This document shows, in pieces, positions 19,434-28,084 of a stretch of 64,000 nt of DNA (position 1 is the first letter of the stretch; the number at the start of each line of letters is the position of its first letter). Made by a program: the position numbers and the translations under genes. The notes under the pieces were generated by a model that had not been told where the DNA came from, made no database searches, and saw nothing but the letters and a program-made list of their open reading frames with translations. The stretch spans positions 544,001 through 608,000 of the forward strand of contig CP009479.1 of assembly GCA_000965745.1 (NCBI GenBank), given 5' to 3'. Source of the DNA: an uncultured archaeon. Lineage in GTDB: Archaea > Thermoplasmatota > Thermoplasmata > Thermoplasmatales > Thermoplasmataceae.

Positions 19434-19597
19434 TGTGAGAGTTTAAAGTCGGAGAATGCTCGACAGTCTTCTATTCACCCTTGTTTCAGGGTAGTATGTC
19501 GAGACGAAGGGCAGCAAATCTCGGGTACGATCTCACAGATCAAGCCATCATACTGCTGCCACTCCGACTCTCACGCTATCATCGTCATGATAGCGTG
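19434..19597 (-). ncRNA. putative IS110 bridge RNA (5' hairpin, target-binding loop, donor-binding loop)
   Basis: Nested stems seen by eye; a 12-nt loop matches the insertion flank 18257-18268 at 11/12; strand and boundaries are inferred. Confidence 0.72.
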
Positions 19598-19601
19598 GAC
19601 A

Positions 19602-19617
19602 AAAGAGCTTTTTTCAT
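19602..19617. repeat. sub-terminal inverted repeat of the IS110 (transposase 5' end)
   Basis: AAAGAGCTTTTTTCAT, inverted copy of 18271-18286. Confidence 0.85.
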
Positions 19618-19905
19618 TGACATCTCCAATAAGCGTGCATCGAGAGAATATGCCTGAACTGGCGAAACGGTTTTACAGGTTTTTAAAATGATTTGATGAG
19701 GGTCAGCAAAAAAAACCCAATTGCAGAAATCCTCTTGTTTTCCATTATATATCACTTCCCACATACTCTTGGCTTTTTCGCTTGTTGTGAGAAGGGTTTT
19801 TTTTCCTTCAACGGGATAGTATAATGGCCTATGTAGGCTAGTCTTAATTCAGGTCCCTTTCAATCTCCCGAATTAAGTATTTATCTTTGAACCTACTAAC
19901 TGTTT

Positions 19906-21042
19906 GTGCGTGACGCGATAGTGGTTGGTGCCGGTCCATCAGGCTCCTACCTTTCATACCTTCTTTCGAAGCTGGGCTATGATGTCCTGAATCTCGAGGA
20001 GCACCAGGAGATCGGTAAACCGGTGGAGTGCACCGGGCTGGTCTCCGAGAGGGTTTTCAGCTATGTTAAGAGCAATTCAAGAATAAATTCCGTAACCGGT
20101 GCAAATGTTTTCTTCCCGAACGGAAGAAGTGTTCACGTCGAGAAGCCCGAAAGAACAATAGTCATAGAGAGAGACACGTTCGATCGTGATGTTTCTGCAA
20201 TGGCCATATCTGCAGGTGCTGACGTTAAGATTGATGCCAGGGTGCAATCTGTCAAGACCGGGAGCGATGGAGTTACAATAAAGTACAAGGAAGGCGGCCA
20301 GATAAAGGAAGAGAGGGCAAAAATCATAGCAGGTGCAGATGGCGTCAACAGCATGGTCAGAAAGGAGCTTTACGGGGTGAAGTCAAAGAGGATAGTGTCC
20401 ACCTACCAGGTAGATTCAGCGACCCCAATGGAAGACCAGGACAGCGTGGAAGTGTATCTCGGTTCGGAATCCACAAGAGGCTTCTTTGGTTGGGCAACTC
20501 CGGCAGGGGAACTGACAAGGATTGGAGTTGGGACATACGGAATCTCTCCATTCAAGTACTTCGGCAGAATCAGCAAAAGATTTCCGAAGGACAGAATTAT
20601 AGGCGTCACAGGAGGGGCTATACCAATCGCGTACCTCAAGAAGACATACGGGTACAGGAACCTCCTGGTAGGCGATGCTGGAGGCATTGTCAAGCCTTTG
20701 ACCGGTGGTGGGATATACACTGGTGTTGTTTCAGCAAAGCATGCAGCGAAAACGCTTAACAATGCGCTTGAAAAGGAAGATTTCTCAGAGAAGCTCATGT
20801 CCCAGTATCAGAAGGACTGGAAGAGAGAGCTTGGGAGGGAGCTCTGGATTGACGGCAAAATTCAGAAGTATTTCTCATCCCTGAGCGACAAGACCCTGAA
20901 TATGATATATGAGGCAGTATCCAGGAAGAGGATGGTAGAACTGATTAATCACATTGGAGACATAGATTACCCGTCAACTGTTGTCCTGTCACTGGCTGTG
21001 AGAAACCCGAGACTGCTTATGAGACTGATAACAAGAACCTGA
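19906..21042 (+). CDS. geranylgeranyl reductase family FAD oxidoreductase
   Basis: VVGAGPSG, KPVECTG, RDTFD, GADG, GGAIP, VGDAGGIVKPLTGGGI. Confidence 0.9.
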   Translation: MRDAIVVGAGPSGSYLSYLLSKLGYDVLNLEEHQEIGKPVECTGLVSERVFSYVKSNSRINSVTGANVFFPNGRSVHVEKPERTIVIERDTFDRDVSAMAISAGADVKIDARVQSVKTGSDGVTIKYKEGGQIKEERAKIIAGADGVNSMVRKELYGVKSKRIVSTYQVDSATPMEDQDSVEVYLGSESTRGFFGWATPAGELTRIGVGTYGISPFKYFGRISKRFPKDRIIGVTGGAIPIAYLKKTYGYRNLLVGDAGGIVKPLTGGGIYTGVVSAKHAAKTLNNALEKEDFSEKLMSQYQKDWKRELGRELWIDGKIQKYFSSLSDKTLNMIYEAVSRKRMVELINHIGDIDYPSTVVLSLAVRNPRLLMRLITRT

Positions 21043-21043
21043 G

Positions 21044-21949
21044 ATGGCATCTAGAAACCAGTTTTTCTACCTTGGCCTTCTTCTCCTGGTTACTTTCTTC
21101 TGGGGGCTCACATTCCCACTGATAAAGAACTCCCTGGAATACATCTCCCCAGTGCTTTTTCTCTCGCTCAGGTTCCTTCTCTCATCACTCCTGCTGCTGC
21201 CATTCCTGAGAAACAAGAATGCTTTCTCCAAAACAAACATAAAATATGGTTTCATTGCCGGTGCATTTCTTTTCATAGGATACTATTTCCAGACGGTTGG
21301 CCTTGAGTTTACGACAGCAGCCAAATCAGGGATTATAACGGGGACTTACGTAGTCCTGATTCCACTGATATCATATTTCTATCTGAGAAAGAAGATCAGG
21401 AGGATGGATTCCATTGCTTCTATTCTGGCGTTCGCCGGATTGATCATAATGTCCGCAGGAAACATATCCAATACACAGGTGCAGATAGGCGATATACTCA
21501 CTCTTATCTGTGCCATCGGATACGCGTTCCAGATAGCATACGTTTCAAAATACACAAAAGATCTTGACTCAACTGTATTCACTTTCTACCAAATCCTTGC
21601 TGTGGGCATTTTCTCCACAATCGCGATTCCAACATACCCCCTGGCGGGACAGGCAATAAACTACTACGTGATCTTCACGATATTCTTCACTGCAGCTTTT
21701 GCGGGTGTTTTCGGATACTACATTAACACCAAGGCGCTCATCTTTGTCGAGCCGACCACGGCAGGAATAATCTTCGTAGGCGAACCCATTTTTGCGGCCA
21801 TAACATCGGTTCTCATCAATGGAGAAATACTCGGAGTTCTCGGCCTGATTGGCGGCGGAACGATGGTAATGGCAATGTTCTTCACAACATTCGACAAATA
21901 CCTTGCAAGCAGGAGGAAAAGGGGTCTTACTCTTCAGAGGGGTCCTTGA
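21044..21949 (+). CDS. DMT/EamA family transporter
   Basis: WGLTFPLIK, FQTVGL, GDILTLICA, EPIFAA; about 10 TM segments. Confidence 0.92.
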   Translation: MASRNQFFYLGLLLLVTFFWGLTFPLIKNSLEYISPVLFLSLRFLLSSLLLLPFLRNKNAFSKTNIKYGFIAGAFLFIGYYFQTVGLEFTTAAKSGIITGTYVVLIPLISYFYLRKKIRRMDSIASILAFAGLIIMSAGNISNTQVQIGDILTLICAIGYAFQIAYVSKYTKDLDSTVFTFYQILAVGIFSTIAIPTYPLAGQAINYYVIFTIFFTAAFAGVFGYYINTKALIFVEPTTAGIIFVGEPIFAAITSVLINGEILGVLGLIGGGTMVMAMFFTTFDKYLASRRKRGLTLQRGP

Positions 21950-23864
21950 TGCTCTTTATGCTGTGATGAGTTTTGACAGCAACACCGCTCCTGTAATCAC
22001 CAATTTCACGCCCGGAAACGCTTGCTCTGCCTACAGCTACAACATTGTCTTTTGAGTCCACCACAATTGTCTCGTTTGAGGCCACAATGCCCCTGTCATA
22101 CTCTGTTATGAACTTGAAAAACACGTTGAATCCCTTCGAGTTATATTCAGCGCTGTCGTCCGTGACTGAAACCCGGAGCCCGGGGTACTCTACTGCATCC
22201 CGGATCCTTTCGGCGCCAGCTACAGTTAGAGTGAAAAAACCATCCTGTGCACGCATAGTGGCCAATATCTGGTCATTCAGCAGTATGTTCCTCAGCCTTC
22301 CTGTTGCACGGGACGTTATTATTCTGCAGCCGTCGGGGAAGAGTGCCTTTCCCACACTATGCCCGAACTGGAGGTCGGCAACAGCCCTTATCTTTTCAAG
22401 GTTGAAATTCCTGGATTTTTCGGTAATATCGGAGTGATCCTTCATCTCTTTCTTCTCAAATACCCATCCCTTGCCGATTATCTTCTCCACCTTCAGGAGT
22501 TCATTCCGATGAAGCCTCTCATCAGTGATATCTGATGAGATGATCTGTTCAATGGGGTAGGTATCCTCAAGCTCAATGGGGACGTATGTGTTGCACCAGG
22601 GCACTAGGAGATTCATGTCATATTTTTCATATATGTCCCTGATAATTCCGTAATCTCTTTTTCCGGGGTTTCTTGAACCGAATGGAAGAATGACTGTTTC
22701 TTTCCTGTTCTCTGTAAGGAACCTCTCGGTGAATTCCGAAAGCCTCTTCAGAGTGGGGTGGCTGTTCGAGTAGCTGTCATAGTAATGAAAGGAGGCTTTC
22801 CTGTAAAGAGGCTCAAATCCCACCAGGTCGCCATTCCTTTCGAGTATGCGCCTGAAGGCCCTGTACAGATAGGGATGGCTGCGTGCCCTAGACTCGGCGT
22901 ACTGCCATAGATTATTCTGGAATATTCTTTCCTTGATCTCGTTTATTTCCATGAATATGGCAGCGAGATTGTGGCGTGACAAAGCTGCTGTCCGTTCTTC
23001 ACTTTCTGCATCCAGCAGTTCTTTTACTGTGTACTTACCGTATATCGGGCTCCATCGAGGAAGTGTCCTCAGCTTCACAAGGTCCCTTGTGCCATCGGGA
23101 TAGAGCATTCTTCCGTCTCTGGCATACTTGACGTATGAAGCGGAATCGAAGAAGTCCACTCCAAGCAGGACCGAAATTGCCAGGAACATAGGGTGTCCTC
23201 CGCCGAACAGGTGTATTGGCTTTGAGAAATCCGAGTTCATCCTGGCCGTAAGAACTATGTCGACGAGCTTGTCATACTGGTAAGATTCCAGAAGGGGCAC
23301 CACCCCGCCCACCGGGAGATATCCTGCATCACTGGAGCTCATGAGCCTAGCCGCCTTTTCCCTCAGGTCCTGATATACGGACCCCTGCACAGGTCCGGCA
23401 ATGATTTCACCGTCACCTACTTCTATTTCCCTCATTCTGCTGTATGTCTCATCGACGGCATCCCTCGCCATCCCGTATGTATCATCAGGTTTCGAGAAAA
23501 TATCCAGTATGGTGATTATATCGCTTCCTATCTTCCGCTGGAAGTCCACAATCCCCCTGTTGTCGTATTCCATGTCACCATATACGTAACTCTGAAACGT
23601 GCCGGAGTCTGTCATTATGGGCCCGTCAAAAGATACCAGGCTGTGGACGCCGTCCTTCAGTGCTTTTTCCCTAAGTGCGTCTGTTCTCCTTATAATATAG
23701 CTGTTGGTTATTATCCCCTGCGCTCCGAGAGATTTCATCTCTTCTGGCGTGATCGTGATCTTGTTGGGGTTGATTACAGGAAGCACTGTTGGAGTTTCAA
23801 TCACCCCATGCTTGGTTTTGAACTTGCCTATTCTGGCCAATCCGTCTCTATGAACCAGTTCCAT
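21927..23864 (-). CDS. tgtA: tRNA-guanine(15) transglycosylase (archaeosine TGT) with PUA domain
   Basis: DGLARIG, TDSGTFQ, GGVVPLLE, HLFGGGHP, DFFDSASY, C-terminal PUA; alternative TTG start at 23888. Confidence 0.95.
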   Translation of the reverse strand: MELVHRDGLARIGKFKTKHGVIETPTVLPVINPNKITITPEEMKSLGAQGIITNSYIIRRTDALREKALKDGVHSLVSFDGPIMTDSGTFQSYVYGDMEYDNRGIVDFQRKIGSDIITILDIFSKPDDTYGMARDAVDETYSRMREIEVGDGEIIAGPVQGSVYQDLREKAARLMSSSDAGYLPVGGVVPLLESYQYDKLVDIVLTARMNSDFSKPIHLFGGGHPMFLAISVLLGVDFFDSASYVKYARDGRMLYPDGTRDLVKLRTLPRWSPIYGKYTVKELLDAESEERTAALSRHNLAAIFMEINEIKERIFQNNLWQYAESRARSHPYLYRAFRRILERNGDLVGFEPLYRKASFHYYDSYSNSHPTLKRLSEFTERFLTENRKETVILPFGSRNPGKRDYGIIRDIYEKYDMNLLVPWCNTYVPIELEDTYPIEQIISSDITDERLHRNELLKVEKIIGKGWVFEKKEMKDHSDITEKSRNFNLEKIRAVADLQFGHSVGKALFPDGCRIITSRATGRLRNILLNDQILATMRAQDGFFTLTVAGAERIRDAVEYPGLRVSVTDDSAEYNSKGFNVFFKFITEYDRGIVASNETIVVDSKDNVVAVGRASVSGREIGDYRSGVAVKTHHSIKSIKDPSEE

Positions 23865-24056
23865 TTCAATCAATTCTCTTCGCGTCAAAGGTTTTCCTTC
23901 ACCTGCTGACCGAACTTGAATGCGGTGGGCAATAAATTACTTCGCAGTTCAGCGGCATATATTCTTCACACCCATCAAGCTGTTTCATCCAGCCGGAATT
24001 ACAGGTTCCGGATGCCAGTCAGGTTCTGTGTTGTAATCTAAGTGCAGTTCAGCCGT

Positions 24057-25829
24057 TCACTCAGAGTAATAATAATTGCCGGATTCCTTCTGGCTCCTGT
24101 CCAAGCTGCTGTCAGGCTTGTTTATCCTTGGCCTTTTCGTGGATTTGTCCCTCCTGAAGCTGATTCCGATGTTCTTCAGGAACCTGTTCATCCCTGTCTT
24201 CATGTCAGTGGGGCCGAATGATTCGCCACTTTTTCCCTGTTCGCCTGTAAAGACCATCAGGCTGTCCGAGATAAGGTCGATGAAGTATACGTCGTGGTCT
24301 ACTACGATGGCGCTTTTCCTGTTGTTTTCCATGGCTCTTCTTATCACCTTGGCGGCATTCATCCTGTAGGAACTGTCAAGGTGCGCCGATGGTTCATCCA
24401 GCAAGTAGATGTCCGCGTCCCTGGAGAGTGTCAATGCGATGGAAAGCCGCTGCAGTTCACCTCCGGATAGATCCTCAACTTCATTTTCCATCATGTCGGG
24501 TATGTCCAGCGGGTGCAGAATTTCATTGTTTACAAACGGGTCCGTCACCCTTTCCTTGAGAGAAGAATAAAGGAGTTCACTCACCGTGCCCTGAAAATCT
24601 GTTGATATATACTGGGGCTTGTAGGCTATTTTCGGGGAAATTTCAACTTCTCCCGAATCGGGTTTCATGACGCCCGCAAGTATCTTCATGAAGGATGTTT
24701 TCCCGAGAGCGTTTTTCCCCAGAACACCTATTATCTGGGTGGACTCTATTGAACCTCCATTAATCTTGAGGTGGAAGGAGTCCAGAGTCTTTTCCATGCT
24801 CCCCCAGTCTGATACTACTACGTTATGTGTAGTCCTCTTGTGGGACCTGTCCTGGAACTTGATTTCATATGGGCGGATCCTGACATTCTCCTCCCTCAGG
24901 TATCCTGAAAGGAACGAGTTGATCGCCCTGTTGCTAGTTCTTGTTTCAGTTATTACACCATATGCGCCGCTTTCGCCGTAGACCAGGTGCACTGAGTCCG
25001 CGAGCCAGTCAAGAATTGCCAGGTCATGCTCCACTATCATGACTGTCCTGGTTTTTGACAGGTCCTGGATGATGTTTGCCACCCTGATTCTTTCGTTTAT
25101 GTCCAGATATGAGGACATCTCATCAAAAAGATATATATCGGCATCCTTCAGGAGTGTCGTAGCGATTGCGAGCTTCTGAAGCTCTCCCCCTGAGCAGACT
25201 GATACATCCTTGTCTAGAGAGGATCCCATTGCCAGTTTGGAAACTACCTCGTCAAATTTGCCTGAAACATCGCTGTTCCTCAGAATCTCGGAAATAGTGC
25301 CTTTGACGACCATTGGAATCTTGTCAACATACTGGTTTTTCAGAACAGCTTTTTTCTTTCCGTCATAAAGATTCTTGAAATAAGTACCCATAACTGTTCC
25401 CGCGTATCTCTCCAGAACTTCTTCCTTGCCGCCGGGTTTCTCGTAGTTCCCAAAATTTGGAACAGTAATGCCTGCAAGAATGTTCATGGTAGTTGTTTTC
25501 CCCATTCCATTCTGGCCAAGAACGGCAGTAACCTTGCCCTCTGAAAGCTTGGGGAGGGAATATATCCTGAATGCATCAAGCCCAAACTGATGTACAAGAT
25601 CCTTGTTTAGCTCATCCGGAACCGTTATGATCTTGATTGCCCCGTATGGGCACCTCTTTATGCATATACCGCAGCCTATGCAGAGTGATTCTGTTATAAC
25701 AGGCTGTCCATCCGGGTCCGGAAAATCAATTGTCGGGGTTCCGCTTCTGACAGGTGGACAGTAATACTGGCACTCGTGATTGCATTTTTTCGGATGGCAT
25801 TTCTCCCTGTCTAGAATGGCTATATGCAA
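24057..25829 (-). CDS. rli: ribosome recycling ATPase ABCE1/Rli1
   Basis: N-terminal Fe-S Cys motifs CHPKKC..C...CP and CIGCGICIKRCP; two ABC domains; RPRINK. Confidence 0.96.
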   Translation of the reverse strand: MHIAILDREKCHPKKCNHECQYYCPPVRSGTPTIDFPDPDGQPVITESLCIGCGICIKRCPYGAIKIITVPDELNKDLVHQFGLDAFRIYSLPKLSEGKVTAVLGQNGMGKTTTMNILAGITVPNFGNYEKPGGKEEVLERYAGTVMGTYFKNLYDGKKKAVLKNQYVDKIPMVVKGTISEILRNSDVSGKFDEVVSKLAMGSSLDKDVSVCSGGELQKLAIATTLLKDADIYLFDEMSSYLDINERIRVANIIQDLSKTRTVMIVEHDLAILDWLADSVHLVYGESGAYGVITETRTSNRAINSFLSGYLREENVRIRPYEIKFQDRSHKRTTHNVVVSDWGSMEKTLDSFHLKINGGSIESTQIIGVLGKNALGKTSFMKILAGVMKPDSGEVEISPKIAYKPQYISTDFQGTVSELLYSSLKERVTDPFVNNEILHPLDIPDMMENEVEDLSGGELQRLSIALTLSRDADIYLLDEPSAHLDSSYRMNAAKVIRRAMENNRKSAIVVDHDVYFIDLISDSLMVFTGEQGKSGESFGPTDMKTGMNRFLKNIGISFRRDKSTKRPRINKPDSSLDRSQKESGNYYYSE

Positions 25830-25838
25830 AAACTACAC

Positions 25839-26276
25839 CTATGTTGGGTTCCAGTATTCGTCTGGTATTTCGTCATAAATCTGGGATTCCTTGTCTATAT
25901 CTTTCCTCGTTTCCACAATCCTCATCTTGGACAATTCAATAATCTTGCTGACGTTGAGAATCCAGTAATGTATTCTCCATTCCCTTCCATCATATAGTGT
26001 AGTTTCCTCCCTTTCTGTCTGGAGGACACCTATATCTTCCATGGTGTAGAAAGCGTCCCGGTCCTCGGGTTCAAGCATGTTATCAATAACTCTGTCATTG
26101 TAGCCGAAGAAGTTTATCAGATGCTCTGCTGCTTCCACAGATTCTTCCTGGCTCATCCTCCTTTGCTGGAGGCTCAAACCGGTTCCTATGGCTCTGGACA
26201 GTTCATCCAGATTAGTGAAATTCCTTGAGGCTTGTTCGGAATTCGAAGAGCCGTTGTTAGATTTCATAGTAATCAT
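25839..26276 (-). CDS. conserved Thermoplasmata hypothetical protein (DUF6015-like)
   Basis: FFGYNDRVIDN.LEPEDRDAFY...GREWRIHYW pattern recognised from memory. Confidence 0.7.
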   Translation of the reverse strand: MITMKSNNGSSNSEQASRNFTNLDELSRAIGTGLSLQQRRMSQEESVEAAEHLINFFGYNDRVIDNMLEPEDRDAFYTMEDIGVLQTEREETTLYDGREWRIHYWILNVSKIIELSKMRIVETRKDIDKESQIYDEIPDEYWNPT

Positions 26277-26479
26277 CTCGAAGCCTTCGTGGTTAGGATA
26301 ACCCTAAATGCAAGGGCATTAATAAGTTTAGCTTTTTGTCTACTTTTTGGCTGGTATTCCGATTTATTGGCTTCATTTGGTTCATTTTTCCGTACATATA
26401 TACTGAATCCGAGAATAAAAACCTATTTTATATACTCATGCGAATTTAGATATCACTATAAACCTGCACAAAATCCTGC

Positions 26480-27553
26480 TTGGTGAATGATGCAGTGATA
26501 TTCCCTGCCAGAAAAGGATTGCGAATAGACGGTGGCCTGGAGCCGCGGCGGTTCCTTTTTGAGGCTTACTCCCGTGATGGGGAAGGGCCTGAGTCTTCGA
26601 GGCTGTTGAATGAAATTGTGATAGAAGGCGAAAAATGGTTTCATTTCATCACTGACCTTGACCTGAAGGGTATCAGGGATTTTCTATTCATGAAGAGTGG
26701 ATACAGCGAGAAGCACGCCGGTTATCTCTCATCAAGGCTCATTGACAGATTGGTTTCTGATGCAACCAAGCCAGGAATAATGGGAATAGTTAATGTCACC
26801 CCTGATTCATTCTATCCGGGCTCCAGAATGCAAGGGAAACCAATGAGCGGGATCGATGCAATTCTCGACCAGAAACCCGATGTTATCGATATTGGCGGTG
26901 AGAGCACTAGGCCCGGCAGCAAGAAGCTGGATGCTGAGGCGGAAATTGACAGGATCAGGCCTGTACTGGATTATGTCTCATCAAGCTCCGACATACCTGT
27001 ATCATTGGACACGAGGAATCCTGAAACAGCCGAGTTCGCGCTGAGTTACGGGATAAAATACCTCAATGATGTCACAGGGTTCGAGAACCCGGAAATGATC
27101 CGGATAGCATCAGAGAACAACCTCGATTCAATAGTCATGCACATGCGTGGAGAGCCTGAAAACATGCAGAAACTTACCGAATATGGCGACCTTCTGTTCG
27201 AGATCAGCCTTTTCCTGCAAAGAAGGACAAAGAGAATGATAGAAGGAGGAATTCACCCATCAAGAATTATCGTGGACCCAGGCATAGGTTTTGCAAAAAA
27301 CATGTCCGGAAATCTTGATATCATACGCAATGTTGAAAGCCTTAATAGAGGATTCAGGGTCCTCGTCGGAGCGTCCAGAAAAACATTCATTGGAAGGATA
27401 ACGGGTGAGCCTGTTGAGAAGAGGCTCTCAGGAACTCTTGCAACTTCAATTTACCTGATGAATGGCAAATGTGACATCATAAGAGTGCACGACGTGAGGG
27501 AGAACAGGGAGGCGATTGATGTGTACAGGGCTATTGAGAACGGTTTGCCGTGA
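26480..27553 (+). CDS. folP: dihydropteroate synthase with N-terminal extension
   Basis: MGIVNVTPDSF, DIGGESTRPG, MHMRG, DPGIGF, GASRK, RVHDV. Confidence 0.95.
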   Translation: MVNDAVIFPARKGLRIDGGLEPRRFLFEAYSRDGEGPESSRLLNEIVIEGEKWFHFITDLDLKGIRDFLFMKSGYSEKHAGYLSSRLIDRLVSDATKPGIMGIVNVTPDSFYPGSRMQGKPMSGIDAILDQKPDVIDIGGESTRPGSKKLDAEAEIDRIRPVLDYVSSSSDIPVSLDTRNPETAEFALSYGIKYLNDVTGFENPEMIRIASENNLDSIVMHMRGEPENMQKLTEYGDLLFEISLFLQRRTKRMIEGGIHPSRIIVDPGIGFAKNMSGNLDIIRNVESLNRGFRVLVGASRKTFIGRITGEPVEKRLSGTLATSIYLMNGKCDIIRVHDVRENREAIDVYRAIENGLP

Positions 27554-27578
27554 GGACCGCAAAATCACTGGAAATAAA

Positions 27579-28013
27579 TCAGTGATTTTCGATCTGTTCC
27601 GCACTGTTGCATTCAGGGCAGAGTCCACGCATGACCAGGTTTGCTCCAGTTATTTTGTAGCTTGCCTCTGAAGAAAGATCTGCAAATCTGCCAGGGTCAA
27701 CCTCCACGTCTATGATCTTCCCACAGCTGTCACATACCAGGTTTCCATGGAACTGCACGTTTGTCTCGAACCATGTCTTGCCGTTCACTTCAAACGAGTT
27801 TATGTTGCCAGACTCCTTGAGAGCCCTAAGTATGTTGTACACTGTGGCCAGTGTGATCGTTGGTTCGCTTTCCTTAACGCTGCTGTAAACATCTTCAGCC
27901 GTGAAATGGTTGTAATTGCCTTTCTCAAGAAAGTTTATGACCTCAAGTCTCTGAGGCGTGATTTTGAAATTTGATTTTCTAAGATTTTCAACATAGGTTT
28001 CCTTCATGCTCAT
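27579..28013 (-). CDS. Fur/PerR family transcriptional regulator
   Basis: KITPQR, HFTAEDVY, LATVYN, CDSCG, GLCPEC. Confidence 0.93.
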   Translation of the reverse strand: MSMKETYVENLRKSNFKITPQRLEVINFLEKGNYNHFTAEDVYSSVKESEPTITLATVYNILRALKESGNINSFEVNGKTWFETNVQFHGNLVCDSCGKIIDVEVDPGRFADLSSEASYKITGANLVMRGLCPECNSAEQIENH

Positions 28014-28084
28014 GATCCGTTATCACTATTCAAACTCGGTTTATAAGATTAATTAATATTTCTAATTAAATCGTAGCAGTTGAA

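Larger units (their letters stand above)
18268..19625 (-). mobile_element. IS110-family insertion sequence, apparently complete
   Basis: Transposase ORF, 16-bp sub-terminal inverted repeats (18271-18286 and 19602-19617, 15/16 identical), TCT at both junctions (18268-18270, 19623-19625), structured 5' non-coding end. Confidence 0.88.

Noticed and set aside
19428-19691. 87-aa plus-strand ORF upstream of the transposase
   Set aside because: It crosses the IS boundary and overlies the structured RNA; not protein-like.
23890-24056. Possible C/D box sRNA and a GCAGTTCAGC direct repeat between rli and tgtA
   Set aside because: Only one plausible C'/D pair; the first guide spacing is too short and the boxes are degenerate.
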